Positions 30,534 through 40,402 of a stretch of 64,000 bases of DNA are shown one piece after another. The stretch's first letter is position 1, and every line of letters starts with the position of its first letter. This DNA comes from an uncultured Alphaproteobacteria bacterium (GTDB taxonomy: Bacteria > Pseudomonadota > Alphaproteobacteria > RF32 > CAG-239), in assembly GCA_944392255.1 (NCBI GenBank), contig CALXVY010000007.1, positions 921 to 64,920 of the forward strand, in the 5' to 3' direction. The notes beneath the pieces are model-generated. The model saw nothing but the letters and a program-made list of their open reading frames with translations. It was not told the origin of the DNA and did not search any database. Both the position numbers and the translations under genes were made by a program.

Positions 30534-31007
30534 ATGGAAAAGTTTCCTTTGACCAAACAGGGCTTTATTGAGCTTGAAGAAGAATTAAAACACTTAAAAG
30601 CTGTTGACCGCCCAAATATCATTGCCGCCATTGCCGAGGCACGTTCTCATGGCGACTTGTCAGAGAATGCTGAATATTCTGCCGCCAAAGAAAAGCAAAG
30701 CTTTATTGAAGGACGTATTCAAGATTTGGAAGCCGTTATCAGCCGTGCTCAAGTTATTGACCCCAAAGAAAGCAAATGCGATGTTGTCCGCTTTGGTGCT
30801 ACCGTTTTGGTTGCTGATGAAGATACTGATGCAGAAAAGAAATATCAAATTGTCGGCGACTATGAAGCAGACATTGACCGTAACAAAATTTCATTATCAT
30901 CACCTTTAGCTAAGGCTTTGATTGGTAAAGAAGTTGGCGATATTGCCGAATATATGGCTCCTGGTGGTAAAAAATCTTTTGAAATTTTAGAAATAGATTA
31001 TATTTAG
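30534..31007 (+). CDS. greA: transcription elongation factor GreA
   Basis: Start set at MEKFPLT (GAGGTG SD). [10 protein letters not shown] motif. Confidence 0.9.
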   Translation: MEKFPLTKQGFIELEEELKHLKAVDRPNIIAAIAEARSHGDLSENAEYSAAKEKQSFIEGRIQDLEAVISRAQVIDPKESKCDVVRFGATVLVADEDTDAEKKYQIVGDYEADIDRNKISLSSPLAKALIGKEVGDIAEYMAPGGKKSFEILEIDYI

Positions 31008-31018
31008 TTTTTACAAAA

Positions 31019-31049
31019 AATCGTCAGAAACTTCTGACGATTTTTTTTA
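31019..31049 (+). terminator. intrinsic terminator after greA
   Basis: TCGTCAGAA..TTCTGACGA stem followed by T8. Confidence 0.65.
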
Positions 31050-31116
31050 TATTCTTGACACTACCATTTAACAAAATTACAATCACGTCAAAATAAATTA
31101 TTAAAACTTACGCATT

Positions 31117-31353
31117 ATGGATAAAGACACACTTTTTAAACAAGTACAACAGCTCTTGCTTTTCAAAGACTATCCCAAAAATGTCAAACTCTCATCTCAT
31201 TTAAGAGACAATTTACATATGGATAAATTTGATATGGCGGTGTTAAGAAAAGAAATTGAAAAAAAATATAATATCTCAATTACAAAAACGGAATCTCAAA
31301 AATGGAAAACCGTGGAAGATATTATAACTGCTATCTTAAATAAAAGTGCCTAA
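31117..31353 (+). CDS. acyl carrier protein-like protein lacking the phosphopantetheine Ser
   Basis: 78 aa. It aligns by eye with AcpP across helices 2-4; LHMDKFDMAVL replaces [11 protein letters not shown]. It has its own terminator at 31367-31408. Confidence 0.55.
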   Translation: MDKDTLFKQVQQLLLFKDYPKNVKLSSHLRDNLHMDKFDMAVLRKEIEKKYNISITKTESQKWKTVEDIITAILNKSA

Positions 31354-31477
31354 ATCAAAAAAACAGGTTAAATTGAAAAAATTTAACCTGTTTTTTTTAT
31401 AACTCGGACATAACACTTGCCAAAGAAAAATTAAAACACTACTTTATGCTCAATAATGAATTTTTTGGAGAAAACAC

Positions 31478-32410
31478 ATGACAGAATATAAAACCAAAAT
31501 GCTGATTATTGGCTCCGGTCCGGCAGGATACACTGCAGGGATTTACGCAGCTCGTTCTGGATTAAACCCGATTTTGGTTTCCGGCAATCAGGAAGGCGGA
31601 CAATTAACTATCACAACCGAAATTGAAAACTTCCCTGGTTTTCCTGAACCCATTGGCGGATTAGAGTTGATGCAACGCATGAAGCAACAAGCTGAGAATG
31701 TAGGTGTCACATTAGTATCAGACCTTATTCGTCATGTAGATTTCAGTTCTCGTCCGTTTGTCTGCACATCAGAAAACGGCAACACCTTTATTGCCGATAG
31801 TGTCATTATTGCCACCGGTGCAGCTGCACGTTGGCTCGGCTTAGAAAGCGAAAAGAAATTTTTGGGTTTTGGTGTATCCGGTTGTGCTACCTGCGACGGC
31901 TTTTTCTATCGTGGTCGAGACGTGGCTGTCGTCGGTGGTGGTAATACGGCTGCCGATGAGGCTCTATATTTGGCAAACATAGCCAAATCTGTCACTCTCA
32001 TTCACCGTCGCGATGAATTGCGCGCTGATAAAGTTATGCAAGAACGCGTTTTGAAAAATGAAAAAATCAAAGTAGAATGGAACTCTGTTGTTGATGAAGT
32101 TTTGGGCGAAATGCCCAAAGGTGTTACCGGAGCCATTTTGAAAAATGTTAAAACCGGAGAAAAGAAAGAAATTAAAGTTGATGGCATTTTCATTGCCATT
32201 GGTCACCATCCTAATACAGATTTATTCAAAGGAATTTTGGATATGAATGAAGAAGGTTATTTGATAACCAAACCGGACAGTTGCCAAACCAATATTGAAG
32301 GTGTGTTTGCGGCAGGAGATGTTCAAAATCCAAACTTTCGCCAAGCTATTGTGGCGGCCGGTTCTGGCTGCATTGCCTCGCTGGAAGCAGAAAAGTTTTT
32401 GAATAAATAA
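31478..32410 (+). CDS. trxB: thioredoxin-disulfide reductase
   Basis: IIGSGPAGYTAGIYA, the CATCDG redox motif and GGGNTA motifs. Confidence 0.9.
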   Translation: MTEYKTKMLIIGSGPAGYTAGIYAARSGLNPILVSGNQEGGQLTITTEIENFPGFPEPIGGLELMQRMKQQAENVGVTLVSDLIRHVDFSSRPFVCTSENGNTFIADSVIIATGAAARWLGLESEKKFLGFGVSGCATCDGFFYRGRDVAVVGGGNTAADEALYLANIAKSVTLIHRRDELRADKVMQERVLKNEKIKVEWNSVVDEVLGEMPKGVTGAILKNVKTGEKKEIKVDGIFIAIGHHPNTDLFKGILDMNEEGYLITKPDSCQTNIEGVFAAGDVQNPNFRQAIVAAGSGCIASLEAEKFLNK

Positions 32411-32451
32411 GATAAAAAGGCTGTTGTAAAAAACAGCCTTTTTTTTAATGA

Positions 32452-32691
32452 TTATATTTCTAAAGAAATATCAATTTTCATATCAAGAGCACGAGCGATT
32501 TGATGCAAGTTTCCGATATTGATTTCGGCAAGACCTAGTTCCAGTTTTTCCAAATAAGAAGAAGGAACACCGGTTTGCGTGGACAAATCTAGAATAGTTA
32601 TTTTATGTAAACGTCTTAAGGATGTAATTTGTTCGGCAAGGTTAAGACGTGTTTGTTTAAGATTTTCTTTTGCTTGTTTTTTGTTTAGCAT
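32452..32691 (-). CDS. XRE family helix-turn-helix protein
   Basis: 79 aa: ITILDLSTQTGVPSSYLEKLELG is typical of HTH_3. AAGGAG SD. Confidence 0.7.
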   Translation of the reverse strand: MLNKKQAKENLKQTRLNLAEQITSLRRLHKITILDLSTQTGVPSSYLEKLELGLAEINIGNLHQIARALDMKIDISLEI

Positions 32692-32732
32692 ATTTCAACT
32701 CCTTTTATCTGTTTATATTACAGTTTGAAAAA

Positions 32733-32847
32733 CCGCCGAGAGAAGAAACTCAAGGCGGTGGAGCTGAAAAACTGCACAAAATCAGTCACTCTTATTCGAC
32801 CTAAAAAGGCTTATATCGAGCACTCCACCAAAGGTGGATTTTTTTTG
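32733..32847 (+). ncRNA. candidate small RNA or attenuator with mutually exclusive helices
   Basis: CCGCC(32733)/GGCGG(32754). GGUGGAG (32757-63) can pair with CUCCACC (32823-29), which also forms the terminator stem with GGUGGA (32833-38), followed by U8. No plus-strand gene lies upstream or downstream. Confidence 0.25.
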
Positions 32848-33136
32848 TGACGTGTTTTTCAGACACCACAGACTATCTCTAATCTGCAAGAGCCATTGTA
32901 GAGATAATAAAGAAAAATGCAAATATTTTTTTCAAGGTTTGAAAACAGGTAAGAAAATTGTTTATACGAGGGAAATAATAAGAAACCAGAAAAAATTTAA
33001 GGAGACGCAATGAGACTTGGCTTTGGCAGAATGCGACAGCTTTCGCAACAAAGCCTAGTCGGAATTGGTACATAGAGGGACGTGACCGAGCAATTTATCT
33101 GCAAAATCTGTATTAGATTTCCATAGAAAAAACTAA

Positions 33137-34372
33137 CTATTCGTAGCGGAGTGCATTTATAGGATTTAGGAGCGACGCTTTGTACGCCGGATAAAGCCCG
33201 AAAGAAAGTCCGACAATACCTGAAAATGAAAACGGCAACAAAACATACATCAAAGTTGGAATTGGCGTTAATGTAGAAAAGATTGACACCAAGTAGACAC
33301 CGACAAAGCCAAGTATAATACCGATAAGTCCACCTATAAGCGAAAGCACCATGGCTTCGGTTAAAAACTGTAAACGAATATCCCACGCTTTAGCTCCAAT
33401 AGCCATACGAATACCAATTTCACGCGTACGCTCTGTCACCGACACAAGCATAATATTCATAATGCCAATACCCCCAACAAGAAGCGAAATTCCGGCAATT
33501 GAACCTAAAAGGATAGTCATGATTTTAGTTGAATTTTCCATCATTTCCATCATCTGCGTAAGATTACGAATAACAAAGTCATCTTCTTTATTAACGCCTA
33601 AATTATGGCGTTGACGCAAAAGCTCGGTAATTTCTTCTTGCGAAGTATAAGTACTCTTTGCATCAACAGCCTGCAACATAATCATTTTAACTTGGTCGGG
33701 AAATTGAATTCCCATCACTTTTTTCTGTGCGGTTGTAATCGGGATAAACACGGCATCGTCTTGATCCATTCCCATACCGCTCTGCCCTCTTTCTTCCAAC
33801 ACACCAACAATTTGAAACGGAATTCCCTTAATACGAATTGTTCTGCCAATAGGATCAACATCACCAAAAAGCTCATTCACCACGGTTTGTCCGAGAACAG
33901 CTGTTTTATTGGCATTTTTTGTATCAGATTCATTAAAGAAACGCCCATAAGACAAATTCCATTCTTTAATTTCAAAATAACGATTATCCGTACCGGTAAT
34001 GGTTGTTGACCAGTTTGCATTACCATAAACAATCTGCGCAGTTTCCTCCAAAACCGGAGCGGCTAATTTAATCGAAGGAATTTTTGCTTGAATAGCATCT
34101 CCATCGGCTTTTTTCATCGTTGGTTGGGAGCCATGTCCGCCTCTGGCTCCGCTTGAAGTTGCCACACCGGAACGAACGATAATCAAATTAGAGCCCATGG
34201 TTTTCATTTCGTTTTTAATGGAAATTTGCGCACCATGTCCAATAGCAAGCATAACAATTACGGCTGCCACACCAATAATGATGCCCAAGCTGGTCAAAAT
34301 AGAACGCATTTTATTAGCCTTAATGGCTCGAAGAGCAATGCTAAAAATTGTTTTGAGTTGTATCATCATCAT
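33137..34372 (-). CDS. ABC exporter permease, MacB/FtsX type
   Basis: 411 aa with N-terminal TM, a large periplasmic domain and three C-terminal TMs. It has TERTREIGIRMAIGA, the hallmark of the FtsX/MacB family. Confidence 0.8.
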   Translation of the reverse strand: MMMIQLKTIFSIALRAIKANKMRSILTSLGIIIGVAAVIVMLAIGHGAQISIKNEMKTMGSNLIIVRSGVATSSGARGGHGSQPTMKKADGDAIQAKIPSIKLAAPVLEETAQIVYGNANWSTTITGTDNRYFEIKEWNLSYGRFFNESDTKNANKTAVLGQTVVNELFGDVDPIGRTIRIKGIPFQIVGVLEERGQSGMGMDQDDAVFIPITTAQKKVMGIQFPDQVKMIMLQAVDAKSTYTSQEEITELLRQRHNLGVNKEDDFVIRNLTQMMEMMENSTKIMTILLGSIAGISLLVGGIGIMNIMLVSVTERTREIGIRMAIGAKAWDIRLQFLTEAMVLSLIGGLIGIILGFVGVYLVSIFSTLTPIPTLMYVLLPFSFSGIVGLSFGLYPAYKASLLNPINALRYE

Positions 34373-35094
34373 TCTCCGGCAAACAAATCTTTTTGAACAT
34401 GTTTTTTCTTTTTGACTTTTTCATCGGAATGAATCTCACCATCTACGATTTTGATAATACGATCAGCAAAAAGAGCAATATCTTCTTCGTGAGTTACCAA
34501 AATAATGGTGCGTCCCATTTCTTTGTTGAGCTTGGTAAATAAATCCATAATTTCCACACTCATTTTGGTATCCAAATTACCGGTCGGTTCATCGGCAAAA
34601 ATAATCGGCGCATCATTAACAATGGCACGAGCAATTGCGACACGTTGTTGCTGACCGCCGGAAAGCTGATTAGGCATATGGTTCATTCTGTCTTTAAGTC
34701 CAACGCTTTTAAGAGCTTTTTGCGCACGTTCTACACGTTCTTCATCGGGAACACCGGCATAAATCATCGGCAGTTCAACATTTTCAATGGCAGAGGTTCG
34801 GGAAAGAAGATTAAACCCCTGAAAAACGAAACCGATTTTTTTGTTACGAATTTCGGCCAATTGGTCGTTGGTCATTTTCTCAACATTCACACCGTCGAGA
34901 GCATATTTTCCGGAAGTGGGCTTATCCAAACAACCTAAGATATTCATCAGAGTAGATTTTCCTGAACCCGATGGTCCCATAATTGCCACAAACTCACCTT
35001 GATTAATTTCCAAAGAAATACCTTTGAGGATTTTCAGATTAAATCCGTCCAGAGGATAAGATTTGACAATATTTTTAAGTTCAATAAGCGGCAT
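34369..35094 (-). CDS. ABC transporter ATP-binding protein (MacB/LolD-like)
   Basis: GPSGSGKST Walker A, LSGGQQQRVAIARA signature and IIFADEPTGNLD Walker B. Confidence 0.9.
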   Translation of the reverse strand: MPLIELKNIVKSYPLDGFNLKILKGISLEINQGEFVAIMGPSGSGKSTLMNILGCLDKPTSGKYALDGVNVEKMTNDQLAEIRNKKIGFVFQGFNLLSRTSAIENVELPMIYAGVPDEERVERAQKALKSVGLKDRMNHMPNQLSGGQQQRVAIARAIVNDAPIIFADEPTGNLDTKMSVEIMDLFTKLNKEMGRTIILVTHEEDIALFADRIIKIVDGEIHSDEKVKKKKHVQKDLFAGE

Positions 35095-36257
35095 TATCTC
35101 GGCATCCTTAATCTCATTTGGCGTTCAAGTTCCTCAGCACTTTTGTTTTCCAAAATCACCTCATCTCCTTCTTTCAAATCATCAGAAGAAACTTCGGTAT
35201 TATTATCATCACTCACACCGGTTTTTACGGTAATACGTACAGGTTGTCCTTTGCGCAAAATCCAAATACCTTTGTCTTTATAGCGTTTGGTCGAAGTACC
35301 ATTTTCATCAGTCATATAAAAGCGCAGAGCTTTGTTAGAGACGAGAAATACATTTTCTTTATTAGAAGTAATAATTTCCACATTAGCGGTCATACCGGGT
35401 TTGAGTTTCAAATCTTTATTATCAATTTCAATAATCACCTCATAGGTCACAACATTTGAAGTTGTAATTGCTTGGTTGCGCACTTGGGTTACAACACCAT
35501 GGAAAATTTCATCAGGGTAGCTATCAACACTAAAGTCAACTTTCTGTCCATCTTTAACTTTAGCAATATCAGCTTCCACTACCGATGCTTCAATTTGCAT
35601 TTTAGTCAAGTCTTCAGCCACCGTAACCAGAGTCGGTGTTTGGAAACTAGCGGCCACGGTTTGCCCAACCTCCACTTCTTTAGAAACAACAATTCCATCT
35701 ACCGGAGAAACAATTTTGGTATAGTTCAAATCAATGAGTGCTGAATTTAAGGCCGCTTCCGCTTGTTTAACTTGAGCCTCTTGCAAAGCCAGTTGTGCTA
35801 CCGAATTATCATAGTCACGTTCGGCAGATTCAAGTTCAGCATCGGCAGAATAACGTGACTTATTGAGTTTTTGAATACGAGCCAAATGTTTTTTATAGTA
35901 AGTAATATCATTTTTTACCACATCGACTTGAGCCTTAGCGATATCAAGTGCAGCTTGCTTTTGAGCTACTGTTGCTTCAAACAAAGCCGGATCAATCTGC
36001 GCCAGAACCTGATTTTTTGTCACTTTAGAATTATAATCGACATAAATTTCAGAAATGGTACCGGAAACCTGCGTACCAATATTAATGGTTGAAATAGGAT
36101 TAATGATGCCGGAAGCCGTCACTTTCTCAATAATATTACCTTTTGAGAGTTTTTGGGTAATATATTCATTATTATTTTTTTGCGGAGTCAATAAAAAGAA
36201 TCCGACTCCAAACAAAAGACATCCGATTACACCATATTTTATATATTTATGCATCAT
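35094..36257 (-). CDS. HlyD/MacA family periplasmic adaptor
   Basis: 387 aa with an N-terminal TM, a coiled-coil hairpin and beta-barrel motifs (YTKIVSPVDGIV). Translationally coupled to the ABC genes. Confidence 0.8.
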   Translation of the reverse strand: MMHKYIKYGVIGCLLFGVGFFLLTPQKNNNEYITQKLSKGNIIEKVTASGIINPISTINIGTQVSGTISEIYVDYNSKVTKNQVLAQIDPALFEATVAQKQAALDIAKAQVDVVKNDITYYKKHLARIQKLNKSRYSADAELESAERDYDNSVAQLALQEAQVKQAEAALNSALIDLNYTKIVSPVDGIVVSKEVEVGQTVAASFQTPTLVTVAEDLTKMQIEASVVEADIAKVKDGQKVDFSVDSYPDEIFHGVVTQVRNQAITTSNVVTYEVIIEIDNKDLKLKPGMTANVEIITSNKENVFLVSNKALRFYMTDENGTSTKRYKDKGIWILRKGQPVRITVKTGVSDDNNTEVSSDDLKEGDEVILENKSAEELERQMRLRMPR

Positions 36258-36457
36258 TTCACAACCTTTACTATAAAAAAAGCATCAATTTTGTTTTTAA
36301 AATAAGCAAATTTATTTAAAAATCCATAAAATTCTTGTCTTTTTCATTTTTTTGTCTATATTTAAAGACAGTATTTTATACATATGCATATAATTATTAA
36401 CGCAAGAATGAACAAAAATGTTCAAACTTGCTAGTATTAACAATAAAAAAATTTATT

Positions 36458-36721
36458 ATGGAAAATCAGAAATCTGAGGGTATCTCCTCAACAGTAAAGA
36501 AAAACATGTTTTTAAGACAAGCTATTTCCGAGGTTGAACATTCAAAACAATTGGCTCCGGATGCTATTAATCGCCTCAAAAACATTTTTTCAAAAAAGAA
36601 ATTTGACGGCATTGAGAAATGCTGCTACGAGGTTGTTATAGCTCTCGGTATGAGCGGCAACCCAGAATTAAGAACATTAGCAGGTGAATTTAATGCTATA
36701 TTGAATAACGCTTGCAGATAA
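36458..36721 (+). CDS. hypothetical protein
   Basis: ORF from MENQK (the track start at 36428 is a TTG). No SD and no motif. Confidence 0.35.
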   Translation: MENQKSEGISSTVKKNMFLRQAISEVEHSKQLAPDAINRLKNIFSKKKFDGIEKCCYEVVIALGMSGNPELRTLAGEFNAILNNACR

Positions 36722-36754
36722 TTTTTTTTTGTTAATTAAAAAAATATTAAAAAA

Positions 36755-37546
36755 ATGGAAAAAAAGAAGTTTTTTGAAACTCTTGCGACCTTGCCGTTGC
36801 TGGAAAAAATTGCACGTATTAAAGCTGAAAATTCTATCTCTGCCGAAGAAAAAGAAACAATTATTACAAGCTTCATCAGCAGAGATAAGACTCTTTCTCT
36901 TGATGAAAAGAAAGAACTCATCAGAAAAGAGTTTCCTGAATCGGGTGGCAAACTATGGCTTCAAGTTGTTGAAACTGCTCGTAAAAAGCCTCGGAATTTG
37001 TCAAACAAGCTTCATTTGAAAGACTATTTAACTCAAAATATGTCTTCCATTGAAGTACAAGGCTCGAACAGTAAAAAAACAAAAGAACGCAACATAAGAG
37101 TATTAAACACTCTTACTGCATTCTTAACAGAAAAACGCAGGTTGAACGAATTTGTTGATAAAGATGATTGCAACATCATCCAACAGTTCTTCAAAACTGA
37201 GTTATATGCTGAATATCGAGACCAGCTAAATGGATTGATTATCACAGCTTTCCGTTTCAGAAAACAGCTGATCAAACAATTAGCCAGTGACTATGTTGCA
37301 GAACTTCTTGAACAAGGAATGGTTGATACTGTTTTGATGCTGGAGTTGGTTAGAGGAGGATATATTTCTGTTGAAGTATTTTCACTTCTTCATCGCTATC
37401 CAGATATCATAACCAACAACATACCTTTAGCACAAGAAATTGTTCGGGAAATCAACGGGCTGGCAGAAGGAGCAACAAAAGAGGAAAAAATAATGTTAGC
37501 AAGGCTCATTGGCTTATATAATGAACTGATAGCTAACAAAAAATAA
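36755..37546 (+). CDS. hypothetical helical protein
   Basis: 263-aa ORF, Lys/Glu-rich, with no recognisable motif. Terminator at ~37589-37620. Confidence 0.5.
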   Translation: MEKKKFFETLATLPLLEKIARIKAENSISAEEKETIITSFISRDKTLSLDEKKELIRKEFPESGGKLWLQVVETARKKPRNLSNKLHLKDYLTQNMSSIEVQGSNSKKTKERNIRVLNTLTAFLTEKRRLNEFVDKDDCNIIQQFFKTELYAEYRDQLNGLIITAFRFRKQLIKQLASDYVAELLEQGMVDTVLMLELVRGGYISVEVFSLLHRYPDIITNNIPLAQEIVREINGLAEGATKEEKIMLARLIGLYNELIANKK

Positions 37547-37711
37547 CCTTCCTTTCTTTTCGTTTTTTTTCATAGTAGAATTTTTAGAAAGAGCGTCCTC
37601 GTGAGAAGACGCTCTTTTGCTTTTTAAAGACAAAAAAAAACGAGTCCGGTTTCACAACCAAACCCGTTCATGATACACAAAATTTAAGCAAAGAACTATG
37701 TTCAAGATAAA

Positions 37712-38098
37712 CTAAGTCGTTCTAAAACGAAAACCGAGTTCCCCGTCATTCATGACAATTTTACCTTCAAGTAATTGACCATCTACCCAAAGTTCCATTT
37801 TATGAGCCACATCGCGATAACCTAATTCTCGATAGCTCAATTTTCCGCTCCAAATTTGCATTTTTGCATTCAGAGGAATAAAACAGGCGTAATCCGTTTT
37901 ATCATCATTTTTTGACGTCAATTTCATAATCACCAGAGGATAATGACGCAATTCACGTTCATAACACTCGGCAAAGAAAATTTTTCCGATATTATATTTT
38001 TCAGTCAAACTCGGACAAGCCGAAAGAATAACCTCTTTAAAATCGCAAGGGGATAATACGACCTCTTTTTTCCCTGAAAAGAATCTTTTTATTTCCAT
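37712..38098 (-). CDS. hypothetical protein
   Basis: 128-aa ORF with no motif. Confidence 0.5.
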   Translation of the reverse strand: MEIKRFFSGKKEVVLSPCDFKEVILSACPSLTEKYNIGKIFFAECYERELRHYPLVIMKLTSKNDDKTDYACFIPLNAKMQIWSGKLSYRELGYRDVAHKMELWVDGQLLEGKIVMNDGELGFRFRTT

Positions 38099-38320
38099 AA
38101 ATAATTCAGATTTAATAATTAAACAAAATATAAAAAAGAAGCCCTAAACATACTCTTTGCGAAACAAAAGTCAAGCAAAATCCACAACCATTTGAATATC
38201 AAAGACTTTATTTTCACATACCCATTTATTAAGAAGGTGTTAAAATTTAACTTTACAAATATGCATTTTTGCCGCTAAATATGGCATAATTTATCATAAC
38301 AAACAACGAAGATTCTTAAG

Positions 38321-38848
38321 ATGAAAAAAACAAAAAAATTCATATTAATCAGCATGCTAAGCATTATCATTAGTGCTTGTCAACAAACACCTCGTCCAAG
38401 CATTGTTCCTGCTGTTGAAACTCCTCAATCATCTCTTCACCGCTTAAATATCATTGGTGAAGTTGAGCCCATTTATTTTCCACCTATGAAGACTCCATTT
38501 GCCGCCCGAATTGATACCGGTGCCGAGCAATCAGCCATTGATGCTGATAACATAAAATATTTTGAAAGAGATGGAGAAAAATGGGTTGCCTTTACCTTAA
38601 TCAATAGAGAAAGCGGTGAAAAACATCGTTTTGAAAAAGAAATTGATCGCCATATTAGTATTAAACGCATTCACGTTACAGAAAAACGTCCTATGGTCGT
38701 AATGGATGTAAAATTCGGTGATGAAACCTTCGAAGCCAATTTTTCATTAGCCAAACGCGACAAATTTGAATATCAAGCACTTGTCGGCCGCAACATTTTA
38801 ACTGGCCGAGCCATTGTTGATACTTCTGTTGCCAATACCTTACACTAA
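38321..38848 (+). CDS. retropepsin-like aspartic protease lipoprotein (family usually annotated 'ATP-dependent zinc protease', RimB-like)
   Basis: 175 aa with lipobox IISAC. RIDTGAEQSAIDA contains the DTGA active-site signature, and LVGRNIL lies near the C-terminus. Confidence 0.7.
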   Translation: MKKTKKFILISMLSIIISACQQTPRPSIVPAVETPQSSLHRLNIIGEVEPIYFPPMKTPFAARIDTGAEQSAIDADNIKYFERDGEKWVAFTLINRESGEKHRFEKEIDRHISIKRIHVTEKRPMVVMDVKFGDETFEANFSLAKRDKFEYQALVGRNILTGRAIVDTSVANTLH

Positions 38849-38862
38849 ACAGAGAAAAAAAC

Positions 38863-40401
38863 ATGTTCAAAAAATTTTTTACCGTCCGTAGAGTACTCTC
38901 CTTTTTATTATTGCTATCAACAATTTTTGCCGGTTATAGCATTTATTATAAAATCAAATACTGGGGCTTTAGTTTTGCACCCAAACAAATGTCTGACGTA
39001 TGGACAATTGAAGCGCATGTAAGCTTTACCCCCAATGGAGAGCCAATAAAAGTATCATTAACTACCCCTTCGGAAAACAACAATTTCAAAATTTTGGAAC
39101 AAGATGTCATTGCCGAAGGATATAAAGTTAAAAAAGTCAAAGGCGAAACCAATCGCGTTATATTGACTTCTCCGGCCAAAGAAGGTGTACAAAATATTTA
39201 CTATCGCGTTATGCTGTTTGACAACAAAGATGCCAAAGGAAAAACCAAAGCACCTACTCCTGCTGCCCCCAAACAACCTTTCTTTGACGAACAAACTTAT
39301 GCCACGGCGCAAAACATTCTCAAAGCAGCCAAAAAAATGCCTGGAGATGATGCGCAAAAAATTATCAATCTGTTCAATCAACCTACACCTGATGCCAATG
39401 TTTTAGCTTTTCGTCCTTTGAAAAAAAATACCAAAGACACCATTGAAGCCATTCGTAATTTATTGGCCTTAAAAAATATTCCGACACGCACGGCTCGCGG
39501 CATCAGATTGGCCGAAGAGAAAAAATCTTTTAGTGCCGATTTAATGTTAGAAGCCTACATCAAAGGCAAATGGAGAACCTATAATGTCAAAGATGGCAGC
39601 ATAGGTGTTCCATCAAACTTTATTCTTTTCCAACGAGGTGGAGATTCTTTACTTGATGTAGAAGGTGGTGAAGATTCAACCATTAAGTTTTCCGTTATCA
39701 AATCTGTCACATCTTCTATCAACTTGGCTGGCAAAAGAGCCGACATAGCCAAACAAAAGAGCTGGTTTGATTATTCCATTTACAATCTGCCGGTTGCCGA
39801 ACAAAACGTCTTAAAATGGCTGATGATTTTCCCATTAGGCATATTAATTACTGTTTTACTACGCAACATTGTCGGTATAAAGACCATGGGAACTTTTACC
39901 CCCATGTTACTTGCCATGTCTTTGGTCAAAACCGGATTGACCGCAGGTTTAATCAGTTTTGGTTTAATCATGGTCATTGGTTTATCCATGCGTGCCCTAC
40001 TTTCCAAGCTCAACTTATTGTTGGTGCCGAGAATTGCCGCCGTTGTGATTTTTGTTATTTTGATAATGCAAACATTCACAATTTTAGGATACAGATTTAA
40101 GCTGGACATGATATCTGCAGCAGCCTTTTTCCCCATCATTATCATGGCTTGGATTATTGAGAGAGCATCCATCACTTGGGAAGAAGACGGCGCTATAAAT
40201 GCTTGCCAAGAAATTGTTAACAGCTTAATTGCAGCCTTAGCTACATATTTTGTCATCAACAACGAAATGATAAGACACGTTATGTATGCCTTTAACGAAC
40301 TAAATCTTGTCATTTTATTCATTGTTATGTTGCTTGGTACGTACACAGGTTACCGCTTAACTGAATTAAGAAGATTTGCACCGATTGCCGAAAGGGATTA
40401 A
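38863..40401 (+). CDS. membrane protein: N-terminal TM, periplasmic inactive-transglutaminase-like domain and C-terminal 7-TM bundle
   Basis: 512 aa. The topology can be read from hydrophobic segments. The architecture matches the '7TM transglutaminase/UUP1' family that accompanies RimK-related ligases. Confidence 0.65.
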   Translation: MFKKFFTVRRVLSFLLLLSTIFAGYSIYYKIKYWGFSFAPKQMSDVWTIEAHVSFTPNGEPIKVSLTTPSENNNFKILEQDVIAEGYKVKKVKGETNRVILTSPAKEGVQNIYYRVMLFDNKDAKGKTKAPTPAAPKQPFFDEQTYATAQNILKAAKKMPGDDAQKIINLFNQPTPDANVLAFRPLKKNTKDTIEAIRNLLALKNIPTRTARGIRLAEEKKSFSADLMLEAYIKGKWRTYNVKDGSIGVPSNFILFQRGGDSLLDVEGGEDSTIKFSVIKSVTSSINLAGKRADIAKQKSWFDYSIYNLPVAEQNVLKWLMIFPLGILITVLLRNIVGIKTMGTFTPMLLAMSLVKTGLTAGLISFGLIMVIGLSMRALLSKLNLLLVPRIAAVVIFVILIMQTFTILGYRFKLDMISAAAFFPIIIMAWIIERASITWEEDGAINACQEIVNSLIAALATYFVINNEMIRHVMYAFNELNLVILFIVMLLGTYTGYRLTELRRFAPIAERD

Positions 40402-40402
40402 G

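Noticed and set aside
32700-32850. Possible tmRNA (two-piece, alphaproteobacterial type), suggested by CUCCACCA at 32823-32830 and an AUUCGAC motif at 32804
   Set aside because: No T-arm (GGxxx-UUCRANY-xxxCC) precedes the putative acceptor strand, and there is no GGGG-type 5' acceptor strand or tag ORF. CUCCACC is better explained as one arm of a short terminator hairpin.
32879-33386. Minus-strand ORFs 32879..33073 and 32997..33386
   Set aside because: The second overlaps the 3' end of the macB-like permease in another frame. Both have low-complexity hydrophobic translations and no SD.
36729-37019. Alternative-frame ORF 36729..37019 overlapping the 263-aa ORF
   Set aside because: It is shorter, overlaps the longer ORF (36755..37546), and its K/L-rich translation reflects the AT-rich sequence.
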